Origin: Rebecca billardiae RCC1528
Taxonomy: Eukaryota; Protista; Haptophyta
Assembly (NCBI GenBank): GCA_965240325.2
Contig: OZ251243.1
Span: 310,001-374,000 of the forward strand
Direction of reading: 5' to 3'
DNA: 64,000 bases
The notes under the pieces were generated by a model. That model saw only the letters and a program-made list of their open reading frames with translations. It did no database searches and had not been told where the DNA came from. Both the position numbers and the translations under genes were made by a program. Positions within the stretch are counted from its first letter, which is position 1. Each line of letters starts with the position of its first letter. Shown here one piece after another: positions 35,172 through 47,178 of this stretch.

Positions 35172-36839
35172 TCACATCATCGGCTGCTGCGGCGAGGGCT
35201 GCGGCGCGGCGGCGGCCGCGGCGCCATCGGCCGCCGCGCCGCCGCCACATCCCACCAGCAGGGCGGTGCCCACGTGCGCCCAGGGCGCAGTGCGGAGCGA
35301 GACCACTACGGCCGCGCCCACAGCGGCGACCAGCGCGACAGCGGCGAGGCTGCCACCCGTTGTCGAGCGCTCGGCCGCCGCCCAGCTCCACGCGCCGCCG
35401 CGCCGCGCCGCGCCGCGCGCGCCGGCGCGCCCGTCCGCGTGGCGCGCGCGCAGCGGCGTGGGCGCCTCGGGCATCGGGTGCGCGGCGAAGAAGGCCCAGA
35501 GGGCCTCGTTCGTGTCCAGCTCGTGAGAGCAGTAGCCTGGGCGGGGCGGGGGCGGCGCGCGGGGCGGGGGCGGCGCGCGGGGGGGGGGGGCGGCGCGCGG
35601 AGCCGGCGCGCGCGGGCGCGCGGGCGCGGCACGGCGGGTGAGGGCGAGCGCGCGCGCCGCAGCCGGCGCCGCCGCGCGAGGCCTCGCGCGTGCCGCGCAC
35701 CAAACTTGCGGTCGAGCGAGCGGCCGAGCGAGAGGCAGCCGCTCGGGTAGCGGTGGCCCCCATCCTCCATTTTATACAGCACTACCGACGCCCCGTCGGC
35801 GCAGTCGCTCCACTCGAGCCGGAGCACGTGCGCGCTGTGCCGGGTGGCGTGCTCGTCGGGGCCGCACTGGTTGAACTCGACCCAGCGCGAGATCGCGTCC
35901 ATCACGCCCGTGCCCCAGTACTCCGGGCCCTTGCCGCCCCACGGGTTGCGCCCGTCCTCCGCGCCGTGCACCGCCATCAGCGGCACCGCGCGCGTCGCGT
36001 TGTTGGGCCGAGGGTATCTGATACCGGCGACCGGGCCGATCGCTGCGATCTGGTCGGACATCTCGCTGGCGAGGCGCACGCTGAAGCGCCCGCCGCGCGA
36101 GAAGCCGGTGGCGTACACGCGGCGCGGGTCGATGCACGCGCGCTCGCGCACCGCCGCGAGCACGTCGCGCGTGAAGGCCACGTCGTCGCCGTGGGCGTCC
36201 GAGGCTGCGGCGAACTCGGGACGTGCGTCTTTGCCGACATTCAGATTCCCGCCGACGCCCTCGACGGTGGCGACGTAGAAGCCGTAGGCGGCGGCGGTGG
36301 CGTTGAGCTTGGAGCGCGCGTCCTCCTTCTCCGCCCAGTCGGCCGAGCCCGGGAACTGCAGAACCAGCGGCGACTCGAGCGGGCGGCCCTCCACGGCACC
36401 AACTTGCGGCGGGGTGAAGAGCGTCGCGCGCCGCACGAGCCCGCCTGAGATGATGGTTAGGACGGTCGTCTGGCCGGGCACGGTGGAGAAGGCGGGCTTG
36501 GAGGCGCAGCGGGCCGCGCCGGCGCTCCACGCCGCGTACGAGACATCGCCCGCGCGCTGCGCCGCCTCGTCGTCGTCGTCACCGCCGCCGTCGCCATCGT
36601 CGTCGTCGCCATCGTCGTCGTCGCCGTCGCCGCCGCCGCCGGCCGCCGTGCCAAGTGCTGGAGGGTCCGGCGCGGCGGGGGAGGGCGGGGGCGCGAATGG
36701 CGGCGGCGACGACGAGCGCGGCGGCGGCGGCGATTTGGGGCACCGCCTGCCGCGGCAGTGCGACGTCCGGCGGTGCGCCGGGCGGTGCGTCTCTTCGCGC
36801 GGAGGCGGCGACGGCGACGGCGGCGGCGACGCGCTCGGT

Positions 36840-36879
<40 letters not shown>

Positions 36880-37366
36880 AGGGGCTCAAGGACGGCGAGG
36901 GCGGCGGTGCGCGCGGGAAACCCGGCGCGATGACCGGCGGCGGCGGCGAGACCGCTGGCGCCGGCGAAGTCGGCGGCGCCGGAGAGGGCGAGGGTGTGAC
37001 GCGCCGCAGCGGGAGCGAGCCGCGCGGCGCGGGCGCGGGGCTGGGCGAGTCGCGGCAGTGGATGCCGTGGCACTGGTCCGAGCGCGAGGACGTCCTGCGA
37101 TTGCGCGAGTGGCGTCGCCGGCCCCTGTGCGGCTGCGGGCTCAGCGGCGGCGGCGCTGCCGGCGGCTGTGATGGCGGCGGTGGCATCAGCTGTGGCGGCG
37201 GCGAGCCAAGTGGCGGCGACACCGGCGGGGGAGAGAGCACCGGCGGCGGTGGCAGCGGGGAGCTAGGGGGCTGCGGCGGCGGCTGGCACTGCTTCATGTG
37301 CGGGTGGCGCTCGCACGAGATCCCCGCCCCGAGGAGCACCGCGAGCACCGCGCACGCCGCGACCAT
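35172..37366 (-). CDS. Secreted/anchored LpqC/PHB-depolymerase-like alpha/beta esterase with Pro-rich N-terminus; intron 35537-35700
   Basis: DDVAFTRDVL...CIDPRRVYATGFSRGG, HGAED.RNPW.G and GGHRYP. After splicing: ELDTNEALWAFFAAHP, then a TM helix. Confidence 0.85.
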
Positions 37367-37661
37367 TGGCGCGCGCTATGATTCTCGGCCAACGACGACA
37401 CGGCGCTGCTTTCTCCCGCCCGCCCACGGATCCGCTCTCGCGGCAGGACTATGTATTCGGAATTCAGAGGAGGATGGATTCGACCCGCGATGACGGCTTT
37501 TGACGCGTGCGGTTCGGCGCAAACGGCCAAGCGGAGCTCTCCAACGCGGCCCGCGTTCTGACGATTTACAGATTCTTTCACGGTCCGGACGAGCGCTCGA
37601 GGAACCCTGCCCTTCCCGTTCGGCTTCGGCTCGAGGCACGACTTATCATCCGGCGCGTCAC

Positions 37662-39872
37662 TCACACCGGCGGCGGCGGCGCAGCCTCGCCAGGCTCACC
37701 CGCACCAGGCAGCGCCGCCGGCTCGGTGCTGTACCCGCTCCGCTCTGCTCCCACTGTCACTGAGTCCCAGCCGCAAGCAGCGGGCGAGCCGGCGGCCGCG
37801 GCCGCCGCCGCCGGCCGCGGCGGGCTCTGCTCACCGCTGCCACTCGGACCGTAGCCGTTGTCACCGCCGTGCCCGTTCAGTGTCACCGCCGAGCTGCGCC
37901 GGCTGAGGGCCTCCTCCGCCGCGCGCTCCTCGAGCCCCTCGGGGCTGCGCGCGTGCGCCATCTGCTCCCACAGCGCGAGCCACTGCGCGTACTCAGCCTC
38001 GTCGTACACGCCCTCCGCCGTCTCGCGCTGCGCCTCGTGGAGCTCGCGCTCGGCGGCACTCAGCTGCTGCAGCCGCGAGGGCGGGAGGCGCGGCCGCGGC
38101 GCGCGCGGCTCCGCACCGCCGCCTTGCGACTGAGGCAGCACGGCCGCGTCCGCGCCGCGGTCGGTGGCCGCGTCGGGGCCGCGGGCCGCGGGACCCACGG
38201 GGGCGCGCGCTTCGTCAGGCTTGATGTGGCCAGCTGCCGAATCGCCGCGCGCCGCCGCGGCCACCGCCTCGGCCAGACCGGCGCCGCCCGAGCGCGCGGC
38301 CTCGGCGGCGGGCAGGGCTGCGCTTGTGCCGCTGGCGCGCGCAGCGACGGGTGGCATGGGTTCGGCCTCGCCCGCCGCGCCTCCCTCGCCCTCCGGCCTG
38401 GTGGGCCCCGCGAGCGCAGGCTGCGCCGAGCCCTCTGGTGGCGGCGCCCCAGCTTCAACTGCCGAGCTGTCTGCATGCGCGGCTGCGCCTGCTGAGACGG
38501 GCGCTGCCGCAAGCGCGTGGGCCGCGGCCGCGGCCTCCGCCACCTCGCCCGCCGGCGCCGCCGCCCACTCGCCGAGGCACGCAGCGACGTCGGCGTCGGT
38601 GGGCGCGCGCAGCCGCCGCACCGCGTCACGCAGCCGCGCCGAGCCCGCCCCCTCAGCCAGCCCAACCGCCGCCTCATACCGGCTGTCCGCGCGCACGGCC
38701 GCCGCCGCGGCCGCCACACCCGGGACAGCGGCAGGGTCGCCCGCGAACGCGGCGGCGGCGGCGAGAAGGTCGGCGGCGGAGTCGAGGACGAGCGCGGGCG
38801 GCGGCGGGCGCGCGCGCACCGCGGCTGCCCCGCCGCCCTCGCGCCCGCCCGCCTCGTCGTCGCCCAGCGCCCGCGCCCCGAGGCCACCCAGCGAGATGCG
38901 CTCATAGTCCGCCACCATCTCCGCAGCCGCCTGCGCCGCCGCGCGCGCGTCCACAAGCGCGCGCAGGCTGACGAGCTGCCGCGCCCAGCTGCGCGCGGCG
39001 CCGTCGTCGGCGGCGAGCAGCGCCTCGCGCGTGCGCCGGGAGAGCGTCTCGAGCTGCCGCGCGTAGCTCAGGCTCGCCTCCTGCAGCGCGCTCACGACGC
39101 CGTCGAGCGCCTCGCCGAGCGCTGAGGTAGGAGGAAGCGGCGGCTGCGGCCGCGGCCGCGACGCAGCCGGCTGCGCGGGCGCCGCCGCCGCGCCGCCGCT
39201 CGTGCCGCAGGCAGCGGGCGCCTCCGCGCCCAGCCGCGCGGGCACGCCCTCCCGCTCCGCCCGCGCGCGCGCCCAGCCCTCCTCGAGGAACGGCTGGTAG
39301 TCGAGCGCAAGGAACGCGGCGAGCTGCGTCGCGCACGCGGCGAGCGCGCCCGGCCCGAGCACGCGCGCGCACGCGTCCACGGCGGAGTGGAGGACGGCCT
39401 GCAGCTCGGCGCGCGCGCGCGCGTGGGAGGCGCCGCGCGGTGCTCCGCCCGAGCCCAGCGCGCGGCCGGGCCAGACCACGCCGCGCTCCGCGCACAGCGC
39501 GCGCAGCCGCTCGTCCAGCGCGGCAAACTCTGCCCACGGGTGTGTCGCGATGAAGCCGCGCCGACGGGCCTGCGTCGCGACCTGGAAGACGCGGTGCGCG
39601 ACGCCGCGCGCGTCGTGCTCCTCAAACACGTCGGTCACGCGCACACGCACGCCGCTCGCGTCCGCGAGCGTGCAGAGCGCGTGCGCGTCCTGCTCGGCGC
39701 GCGGCCCGCCGTCCTCTCGGCCGAGCGAGCGCGTCAGGCCCTGGAGGGCGGTCGCCGCGCGGCCCGCGGCGGCACTGGCCGTGCCCACCGCGCTGCCGAG
39801 CACCGCCGACGCGCGCCCCGGCTCGCCGACGCGCCGCCGCAGCCTGTCGAACGACGAGGCGCGCTTGATCAT
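37662..39872 (-). CDS. PX-domain protein with IST1-like helical region
   Basis: PX-like RVFQVAT...HPWAEFAALDERL...LAAFLALD; IST1-like REALLAADDGAARSWARQLV. Confidence 0.45.
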   Translation of the reverse strand: MIKRASSFDRLRRRVGEPGRASAVLGSAVGTASAAAGRAATALQGLTRSLGREDGGPRAEQDAHALCTLADASGVRVRVTDVFEEHDARGVAHRVFQVATQARRRGFIATHPWAEFAALDERLRALCAERGVVWPGRALGSGGAPRGASHARARAELQAVLHSAVDACARVLGPGALAACATQLAAFLALDYQPFLEEGWARARAEREGVPARLGAEAPAACGTSGGAAAAPAQPAASRPRPQPPLPPTSALGEALDGVVSALQEASLSYARQLETLSRRTREALLAADDGAARSWARQLVSLRALVDARAAAQAAAEMVADYERISLGGLGARALGDDEAGGREGGGAAAVRARPPPPALVLDSAADLLAAAAAFAGDPAAVPGVAAAAAAVRADSRYEAAVGLAEGAGSARLRDAVRRLRAPTDADVAACLGEWAAAPAGEVAEAAAAAHALAAAPVSAGAAAHADSSAVEAGAPPPEGSAQPALAGPTRPEGEGGAAGEAEPMPPVAARASGTSAALPAAEAARSGGAGLAEAVAAAARGDSAAGHIKPDEARAPVGPAARGPDAATDRGADAAVLPQSQGGGAEPRAPRPRLPPSRLQQLSAAERELHEAQRETAEGVYDEAEYAQWLALWEQMAHARSPEGLEERAAEEALSRRSSAVTLNGHGGDNGYGPSGSGEQSPPRPAAAAAAAGSPAACGWDSVTVGAERSGYSTEPAALPGAGEPGEAAPPPPV

Positions 39873-40004
39873 TGCGGCGGCGGCGGCTGCGAACGGCCGA
39901 GCGCCAAGCGGAAGGCGGAAGCCCTGCCCTTGCGTTTGCAAGCCGCCCTCTCGATCGGGATCGATCTGCTGGGCGTGGCCGTCTTGATTCCTGACGAGCG
40001 AGCC

Positions 40005-40463
40005 ATGGCCGCGACCAGGCGGATCGCCGCGCTGCGCCCGGCTCACGTGGACACGCTCACCGAGTGGTTCAAGCAGCAGTGGTGGTCGAGCTCGCCACCC
40101 CGCGGGCGCGCCGACGTGGAGGTGATGCTCAAGCACTCGATCGTCCTCGCGTTCGAGGACGAGCACTCGAGCGAGCTCGCCGCGTTTGGGCGCGCGATCA
40201 GCGACCGCGCGTTCAAGGCGCTCATCCTCGACGTGATCGTCGCGCCGGAGCGCAGGCGAAGCGGGCTGGGCCAGGCGGTCGTGCAGGCCGCGCTGGAGCA
40301 CGAGGAGCTCGCGCGCGTGCGCCACATAGAGCTGTACTGTGCCCCGGACATGGTGCCATACTACGAGCGGCAGCACTGGCAGCGGCTGGACCCGGAGCTC
40401 GCCTTCATGCGCCTGGACGACGGCGCCGTGCCATGGCGGTATCAGGGGCCACGCGGTGAGTAG
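40005..40463 (+). CDS. GNAT-family N-acetyltransferase
   Basis: FGRAISDRAFKALILDVIVAPERRRSGLG (motif A) and HIELYC..DMVPYYE. Confidence 0.88.
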   Translation: MAATRRIAALRPAHVDTLTEWFKQQWWSSSPPRGRADVEVMLKHSIVLAFEDEHSSELAAFGRAISDRAFKALILDVIVAPERRRSGLGQAVVQAALEHEELARVRHIELYCAPDMVPYYERQHWQRLDPELAFMRLDDGAVPWRYQGPRGE

Positions 40464-40676
40464 CCTTCCACGGCACGCCAGCTGCTCTCGGCCACACTCC
40501 CGGCCGAGGCCATCCTGACTCCGGGCAGCGCTTGCGTGCCCCGCGGTCCGGATCTGCGCCCGGCGGCTGGCAATTGGCATTGCCAATATGGGCAAGTCAC
40601 TCTGAGTCTGACTCACCCGTCGGCGTCACCGTCGTCCGTCTCACCGCCAAGTGGCGTCAGGCCACGACTTCATACA

Positions 40677-40677
<1 letters not shown>

Positions 40678-40745
<68 letters not shown>
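40678..40745. repeat. (TA)n microsatellite
   Basis: About 33 uninterrupted TA units between convergent genes. Confidence 0.97.
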
Positions 40746-40746
<1 letters not shown>

Positions 40747-40837
40747 CACTACAATATATATACTGCAGACGACGACGACGATATGTATGCTGCCGTATAG
40801 CGATTATGGCGGATCCGCCATCCGGTCGAATCCGTCA

Positions 40838-43800
40838 TCACCGCTCCAGCACGGAGTGCACTGACTCTGCAGCCTCTGGCGACGCCGATGACGCCGTAGT
40901 CGAGCGCACCTCGCGCAGCGCCGCCGGGCCCGGCGGCGGCCCTGGGTGTGCAGCACCGGCCCCGCGATGGCTCGCAGTCTCAGCCTCGGCTTCATCCGCC
41001 GCCGGGGCGCCGCCACGCTTGGGCGCCGGCAGCGGCGGCTGATCGAGCCGCTCGACCGCTCGCTCGCTGCCGTCGTCAGACTCGGAGCTCTTGCGCATGC
41101 CCAGCAGCCCGACCTCGCGCGCCCGGCGCCGGCTCGCCTCTGCGGGCGAGCTGGGCGCAGACGCGGCGAGGTTGGGCGGGCTGAGCTCGCCCGGCAGGGC
41201 CAGGTGGCGCATCGAGCCGCTCGCCGGCGCGCCGCGCGCGTCCGCATGCGCCGCGCCGCGCCGCCAGCTGAAGCCGCCCGACGCGCTCCACGCGCCCGCG
41301 CCCGACGGCGATGGCGCAGACTCATTGCGCGCGATAGCCGGCGGCGAGTGCATCTGTTGCTGCTGCTGCACGAGGCCGCTTGCCGCGCCGGCGGCGCTGT
41401 CCGGGCCGCTGTGCCGCAGCGCGTTGGAGGAGGACGCGGCCCAGCGGTCGCGCAGCCGGCCGAGCGGGCTCGGCTGCGCGGTCGGTGCGCCTCCACCGCC
41501 GCCGCCCGCGGCCGCGTTGCTCTGGGACTGCTCAAACGCCCACGTGAACGCGGCGAGGGCGCGGTGCACCTCAGAGTGTACGGTCACGTTGAACGCCTCG
41601 ACCGCCTTCTCCGAGGAGCCGCCCGCGTCCGGCGCGACGCGCGCGCGCTTCATCCCGAACGGCGCGCGCGGCCCGCCCCGCGCGCCGCCGCCGCCGCCCA
41701 CGCTCAGCAGCTCGGCCAGAAACGGCAGCGCGCCCGCGGCAACGCGCGCCGCGCCGCCCGACTGCGTCTCGTCACGCGAGCCGGCAAACTCTCGCTCGAT
41801 CAGCTCAAAGATCATGCGCCGGTCCGCCTCGACCGAGGCCTGCGCGTTGCGCGCGTCGAAGGCGACCAGCGCGGCCTCCACGCCCTCGCGGTCTCGGCGC
41901 AGCGCGCGCACCAGCGCCGACGCCTCGGCGGGCGCGAGCGTCAGATGCAGTGCCGCCGCGCGCTGCTGCCCCAGCTTACTCGATAGCCGGCCGCTGCCGC
42001 CGCCGCCGCCTTCGAAGCTGCCGCCGGTGGCGCTGCCGCCGGCGCCGCCCGCCGCCGAGCGCCGCCCGCTCCCCGCCCTCCGCTCGCGCACGCACTGCAT
42101 CAGCTCGTACAGGCACCACGCGCGCGTGAGCGCCACCGGCGCATCCCACGGGTCGAGCACCATCACCAACGTGCCGATCTCGCGCACAATCTCGCCGATG
42201 AAGCGCACGTCTGCGGAGACGTCCATCTGCCGGATGGAGAAGACTGCGGGAGGGGCGTGTGGGCGCGCGTGTGCGCGTGCGCACGCGGGCACCGACGACG
42301 ACGCGGGAGGGGGGGGGGGGCGCGTGCTCAGCACGCACGCACGCGCGCACCCGCCGCCCGCGCGCTCGCGCGCCGCGCGCTCGGAGGCTCCCGCGCGCGC
42401 CGCGCGCAGAGGCGAGCACCGTCGATCCAGCAGTACATCTGGGCGAGCTCGAGCTCGTGCCGCGCGGCGTGCGCCTCGAGCGCGTCGAGCAGCTTGACGA
42501 ACGAGCACGCCTGCGCGTGGCTCACGAACAGCGTCGCGCGCCGCACGGCGGGCAGCCCAGCCGACGAGGTCGAACCCAGCGACTGCTCGGCGTAGGAGAG
42601 GCCGCTCGAAGCGGTGAGCGCGCGCAGGTGCTGGCCGACGGCGGCGCTGGTCGCGTCGGCGTCGACGCCGTGCGCGGCGGCGAAGTCGCGCAGCGCCGCG
42701 TACGAGACGCCGAGCAGCCGGCGCACCTCGATCCCCTCCCGCAGCGAGCTCTTGCGGCTGCCGCGCGCGCCGCGTCCGCCCGGCCCGCGGCCGCTGTGTC
42801 TCGACGGCCGCGTGACGCGGATCTGACCGCTGAGCAGCGCGCCGAGGCCCGAGCTCGCGGTGCTCCTCGGCGTGGCCACCGACTCGGCGTAGATGCTGGG
42901 CAGCCCGGGCGAGCGCATCCGCACCGACGCCCCCGCGTCCGACTGCCCCGAGCCGCGCCGCGACCCCGCCGACGAGCGCGTGCGGCGTGAGGCACGCGTG
43001 TCGGTTGACGCGCGCGAGCCGCGCGAGCTCGGCACGTGCGAGGTGACTTGTGACGAGTGCGGCGTGGGGCGCGAGGAGGCGAAGAGGGAGGGCTGCGACG
43101 AGGCGTTCTCGGAGGAGGACGGCGGCACCGGCCCGGGCGAGCTCTGCCCGCTCGTCCGCACCGACGACAGCCTGCGCCGGCCCCTCCCGGCCGCGCGCGC
43201 ACACGCCTCTGCCGCCACGCGCAGCGGAAGCCTCACCACGCGCACGCCTACTGGGCGGAACGCTTCGATCTGCGCATAGGAGACGACGCCGTGCGCCGTG
43301 GCGGTCCACGCGGCGAGCAGCGCGCGCCGGGTCGGGCCGAAGTGCAGGTACGCCGGCGCCGCGCCGAGCGCGAGGCACACGCTGCCCGCCATCGTCAGCT
43401 TGAGGATGGCGAGCAGCCGACGCAGCACGGGCGGCGGGAGCACCGCGCCGAGATGCAATCTCGTGCGCCGCAGCAGCCGCGCGGCGAGGAGGGTGGAGAC
43501 GCAGTGCTGCACGAAGGGGAGCACGACGAGGAAGAGGGTGAGGCTGAGCAGGCCCGTCGCCACGCGCATCGCGCCGAAGAACGAGCCGAGCACCGCGAGC
43601 ACCGCCACCGCGCACGCGCCGCCCACGCCGCGCGGGTGTGCCATCTGTGAGATGTGTCCGGGCGCAATGCCTGCCGACTGCGTGGCCGCCTCGAAGTAGG
43701 AGAAGAAGAGGAGGGAGGTGACGGTGCACAGCGGCGTGACCAGCGCGCCGAGCAGGTACGACGCGGACACGGGAAGCACGCCCGTCGACTGCAGCGGGTC

Positions 43801-44634
43801 GAGCGCCACCTCCGCCAGCCGCAGCACGTTCAGACTCAGCTCGCTGAAAAGAATCACGTTGGCCACAGTGACGTGCGCGCCACCATCGAGTCGAATGTAC
43901 GCGTGCAGGCGGCAGAGGGCGAGCTCGAGGGCGGCGAGGGCCTGCAGCCCGACGAACGCGCGCAGCAGCGCGAACCACGCCGAGCGCCACAGCACCTGCC
44001 ACGCGCTCAGCTCCGACGCCGTGTGCGTGACGCGCGCGCGCACCGCGGCCGCGCGCGCCGCGCCGCCGCCGCCGCCGCCGTCCGCGCGCTCGCGCGCGTC
44101 GGCGCGGAGCAGCGCGTCGACGAGCGGCAGCGCGGCGGGCTGGGCGAGGTGGAGCGCGGGCGGGGACTCCAGCCAGCGCGCGTCGCCCGCCGCCCAGAAG
44201 TGCCGCGCCTGCCCAGGCACCTGGTCAAAGTGGCGCGTGAACGCGAGCGGAAAGTGAGCCCACAGGAGCGCGCCGCGCGCGCCCGCGGCGCGCGCGTGCT
44301 GCTCGTGGCTGCAGAGCGCCCAGTTCGCGTCGAGGTGCACGACGATCGCCCCCGCGAGCGAGCCGTTGCCCACGTACGCCGGCGGGCACCCCGCGTCGTA
44401 CGACCACGCCTCGCGCCGCGTGACGACAACGCGCCCGGACACGTCAAACTCGACGGGCGAGAACGCCTGCTCGGCGGCGACGAGCTCGAGGCCGACGAGG
44501 GACGGCGGGCCGTGCGTCACGACAAAGGCCCCCCGCGCGCGCCCGAGGGCGAGCAGCACCGCCGCGACCGCGCCGCGCGCGCGCGCGCGCCGGGGGGGTG
44601 GTCGCGGCGGGGCGGGGTCCCGTTGGCCCCGCAT
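40838..44634 (-). CDS. Putative receptor: signal peptide, PA-like domain, 7 TM helices, cytosolic TIR/HET-like domain; intron 42244-42419
   Basis: PA-like LAGAIVV..CSHEQHARAAGARGALL, seven hydrophobic segments, then ATLFVSHAQ..F..LL.AL, YCWIDVFSIRQ and VLDPWDAPVALTRAWCLYE. Confidence 0.7.
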
Positions 44635-45071
44635 TGCGACCCCTCCACCTCGGCGACTCCGAGAGAGAATCGCCGGAGACAACGGCGGCAACGACGACGG
44701 AGGGCGGGCGGCGCCGCGACGGGTGAAGAGCTACTGGCTATTCATCAGATTCAGTCATCAGTGCTCGAATCAGTGATGAATAAAGAGTACTTAAACTTGT
44801 AAACGAGAATGGACCCGGACGTTACTCATCAGCAGCCTGACGACTGACGACTTGATAGAACTACTTACTACTCCCGAGGCGATTTCGATGACGACGACCG
44901 TGATATGATGGAGGTGACGACTTCCCACGATATGATGATGACCGTCAAAAATGCCTGCAGGCAACGCCAACAGCTCGGATCTGCGTCAGCAGGTGCACGC
45001 AGAGAGGGCCGAGTGGAAGACGTGCACAGCGCATGCGCTGCCCGAGCTGCGGCACTCGAACAAGCTCCGTC

Positions 45072-47178
45072 TCACGCTCCGCCGCTCGTGGGGCCGTCGT
45101 CGACGGCGGTCGGCGCGATGGCGACCGGCGCGACGGGCGGCGGCGGTACCGTCACCTCGGCGGGAGGCGGCATGGGCGGCAGCGTCGGGCTGGCGGCTCG
45201 GCCCGAGACGGGCGTCGTGGCGCCGTCGGGGGGCACGTCGCCGTCCACGTCCGCTGCGGCGAGGGCCAGCGGCATGCCCAGCGCGGGCGGCTCCTGCTGC
45301 ACGTCCGAATACGAAAAACCGCTGGCGAGCCTGCGCACGCGCGCCGCGGGCCGCGGGCACGGCGCGCGCGCAGGAGAGAGAGAGGAAAGGCGGCGGCGGC
45401 GCATCGCGTGAGCCCGGCACGCTCGCTTGGTCGTGTGGGGAGCACGCGCCCACGCGCGCGCGCGCGCAGCCCGCCCTTCGGCCTGCACGGCGCTTGGCCT
45501 CCGCGCCTGCGCGCGCGCGCCGCCTGCGCCGCCCGCCTGGCCCTGCAAGCCAGCAGCCATCCTGCCGTCTCGTCGCACCCACCCTCGCCCTCCGCTCCCC
45601 CAGCTCTCCCGCACAGAGGGGCCCGCACCTGTACTCGAGCACGAGCTGCCGCTCGTCCGAGAGATACTCCTGCAGGATGGAGCCCAGGCTGAGGTCGAGC
45701 ATCAGAGAGGGCGGCGGCGGCGGCCGGCCGGCCGTGCCCTCCGTGAGGCGCAGGGAGAGCCTGAACGACGTCCATGCGGACTCCTTGAGCTGCAGCCGGA
45801 GCACGAGGAACTTGAGCACGTGGTGCACCTGCGGTGTGTGTGTGTGTGTGTGTGGCGGGGGAGGAGGCGGGCGGCACGCGGCAGGCGCGGAGGCGGGGCA
45901 GTGAGCGGGCAGGCGGCAGGCGGCGGGCAGCAGGCAGCGGGGGCAGCCGCAGCCGCAGGCAGCGGGGCAGGCAGCAGGCGGCGGGCAGCAGCAGGCAGCG
46001 GGGCAGCGGGCAGACAGCAGGCGGCCGCTCAGCGCGGAGGCCGCGCAAAGCCTCGCAGAGAGCAGGCGCTGCCTCAACGCCTCCGGCGGGCTCTGCCATG
46101 CCGCGCCGCGCGCGCACGCCGGCGCCGCCCGCACCTGCAGCCGGCGCGAGGTCTGCAGCACCTCCTTCTCCAGGTCGCCGAGGAACACCTCCTCCGGGTG
46201 CCGCACCACGGCGAAGGTGACGGAGTCCGGGGCCGCCTCGGTGCCCGCGAGCGCGGGCGCGTGTTGGTCCGAGGCGGCGGCGTGCGCGGGGCGCGGGCGC
46301 TTGCGCTTGCCCGAGCGCGGCGGCGCCGGCCGGCCCGGCGCCGGCTGGAGCAGCGCGTCCGCGCCCTCGTCCTCGTCCGTCAGCTCCTCCTCCTCGCCGC
46401 CGCGCGGCCGGCGGCCCGCGGCCGCCGCCTTCAGTGCAAGTCTTTTGGTGCGCACGGCGGCCTGCGCGCGGAGGATGCGCTCGCGCTGCTGCTTGGCGGC
46501 GAGCTCGCGCTCGTACTCCTCGAGCTCGTGGCGCGAGCGCGCCGCGAGCTGCTCCGCCTGCTTGTGCAGCTGCTCCTCGTGCGCCAGCCGCCGCCTCTCC
46601 AGCTCGCCGTAATTGTCGAGGCACGAGTATTGCTCCAGCTCAAAACCCTCGAGGTCGGGCAGCAGCGCGGCGATGAGCCGGTCGAAGTTGGCGTCGGGGC
46701 GGAGCGAGCGCCGCGTCGCCACGTGCCGCCTGCACGACGGGCACTCCTGCGCGCCGCGCGCGCGCCGGCGAGCGCGTGCGTGCGCGCGTGCGCGCGTGAG
46801 CGAGCGAGCGCCGGGCGCGCGGGGGGAGCCGAGCGCGCTGGCGGCGCGTGCGCGCACCTTCTTGCCCTGGCGCAGGCACTTCTCGATGCAGTTGTGGCAG
46901 AAGCGATGCAGGCACTCCGTCGCCACGGCGTTCTTGAGGATGCTGCGCGCGGCGCCCGCCCGAGGCGCGCGTCAGCGCGGCGTGGCGCACTGCGCGCCTC
47001 GCGCCGCGCCCGCGCGCGCGCACCCTAGGCAGACCGGGCACGAGAGGTCGGCGGCGAGGCTGCTCACGGGGAGCGAGGTCTCGTCCTCCTCATCGCAGAT
47101 GATCGGGTACGGCGCGTCGGCCCCCACGCGCACTTCGCCAGGCCCATGGCGGGCCATCACCGACGAGTGCCTCAGCAT
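45072..47178 (-). CDS. RING1: RING1-type E3 ligase (PRC1) with RAWUL-like domain; introns 46943-47023, 46747-46857, 45829-46134, 45331-45628
   Basis: Spliced [61 protein letters not shown]. C-terminal LQTS..LQVHHVLKFL...LVLEYR. Confidence 0.88.

Noticed and set aside
45829-46857. Stop-free 3n introns (111 and 306 nt here; 207 nt in COG4) as regulated intron retention
   Set aside because: 4 of 13 introns are 3n, about chance level, and lack of stops is expected at this GC content.
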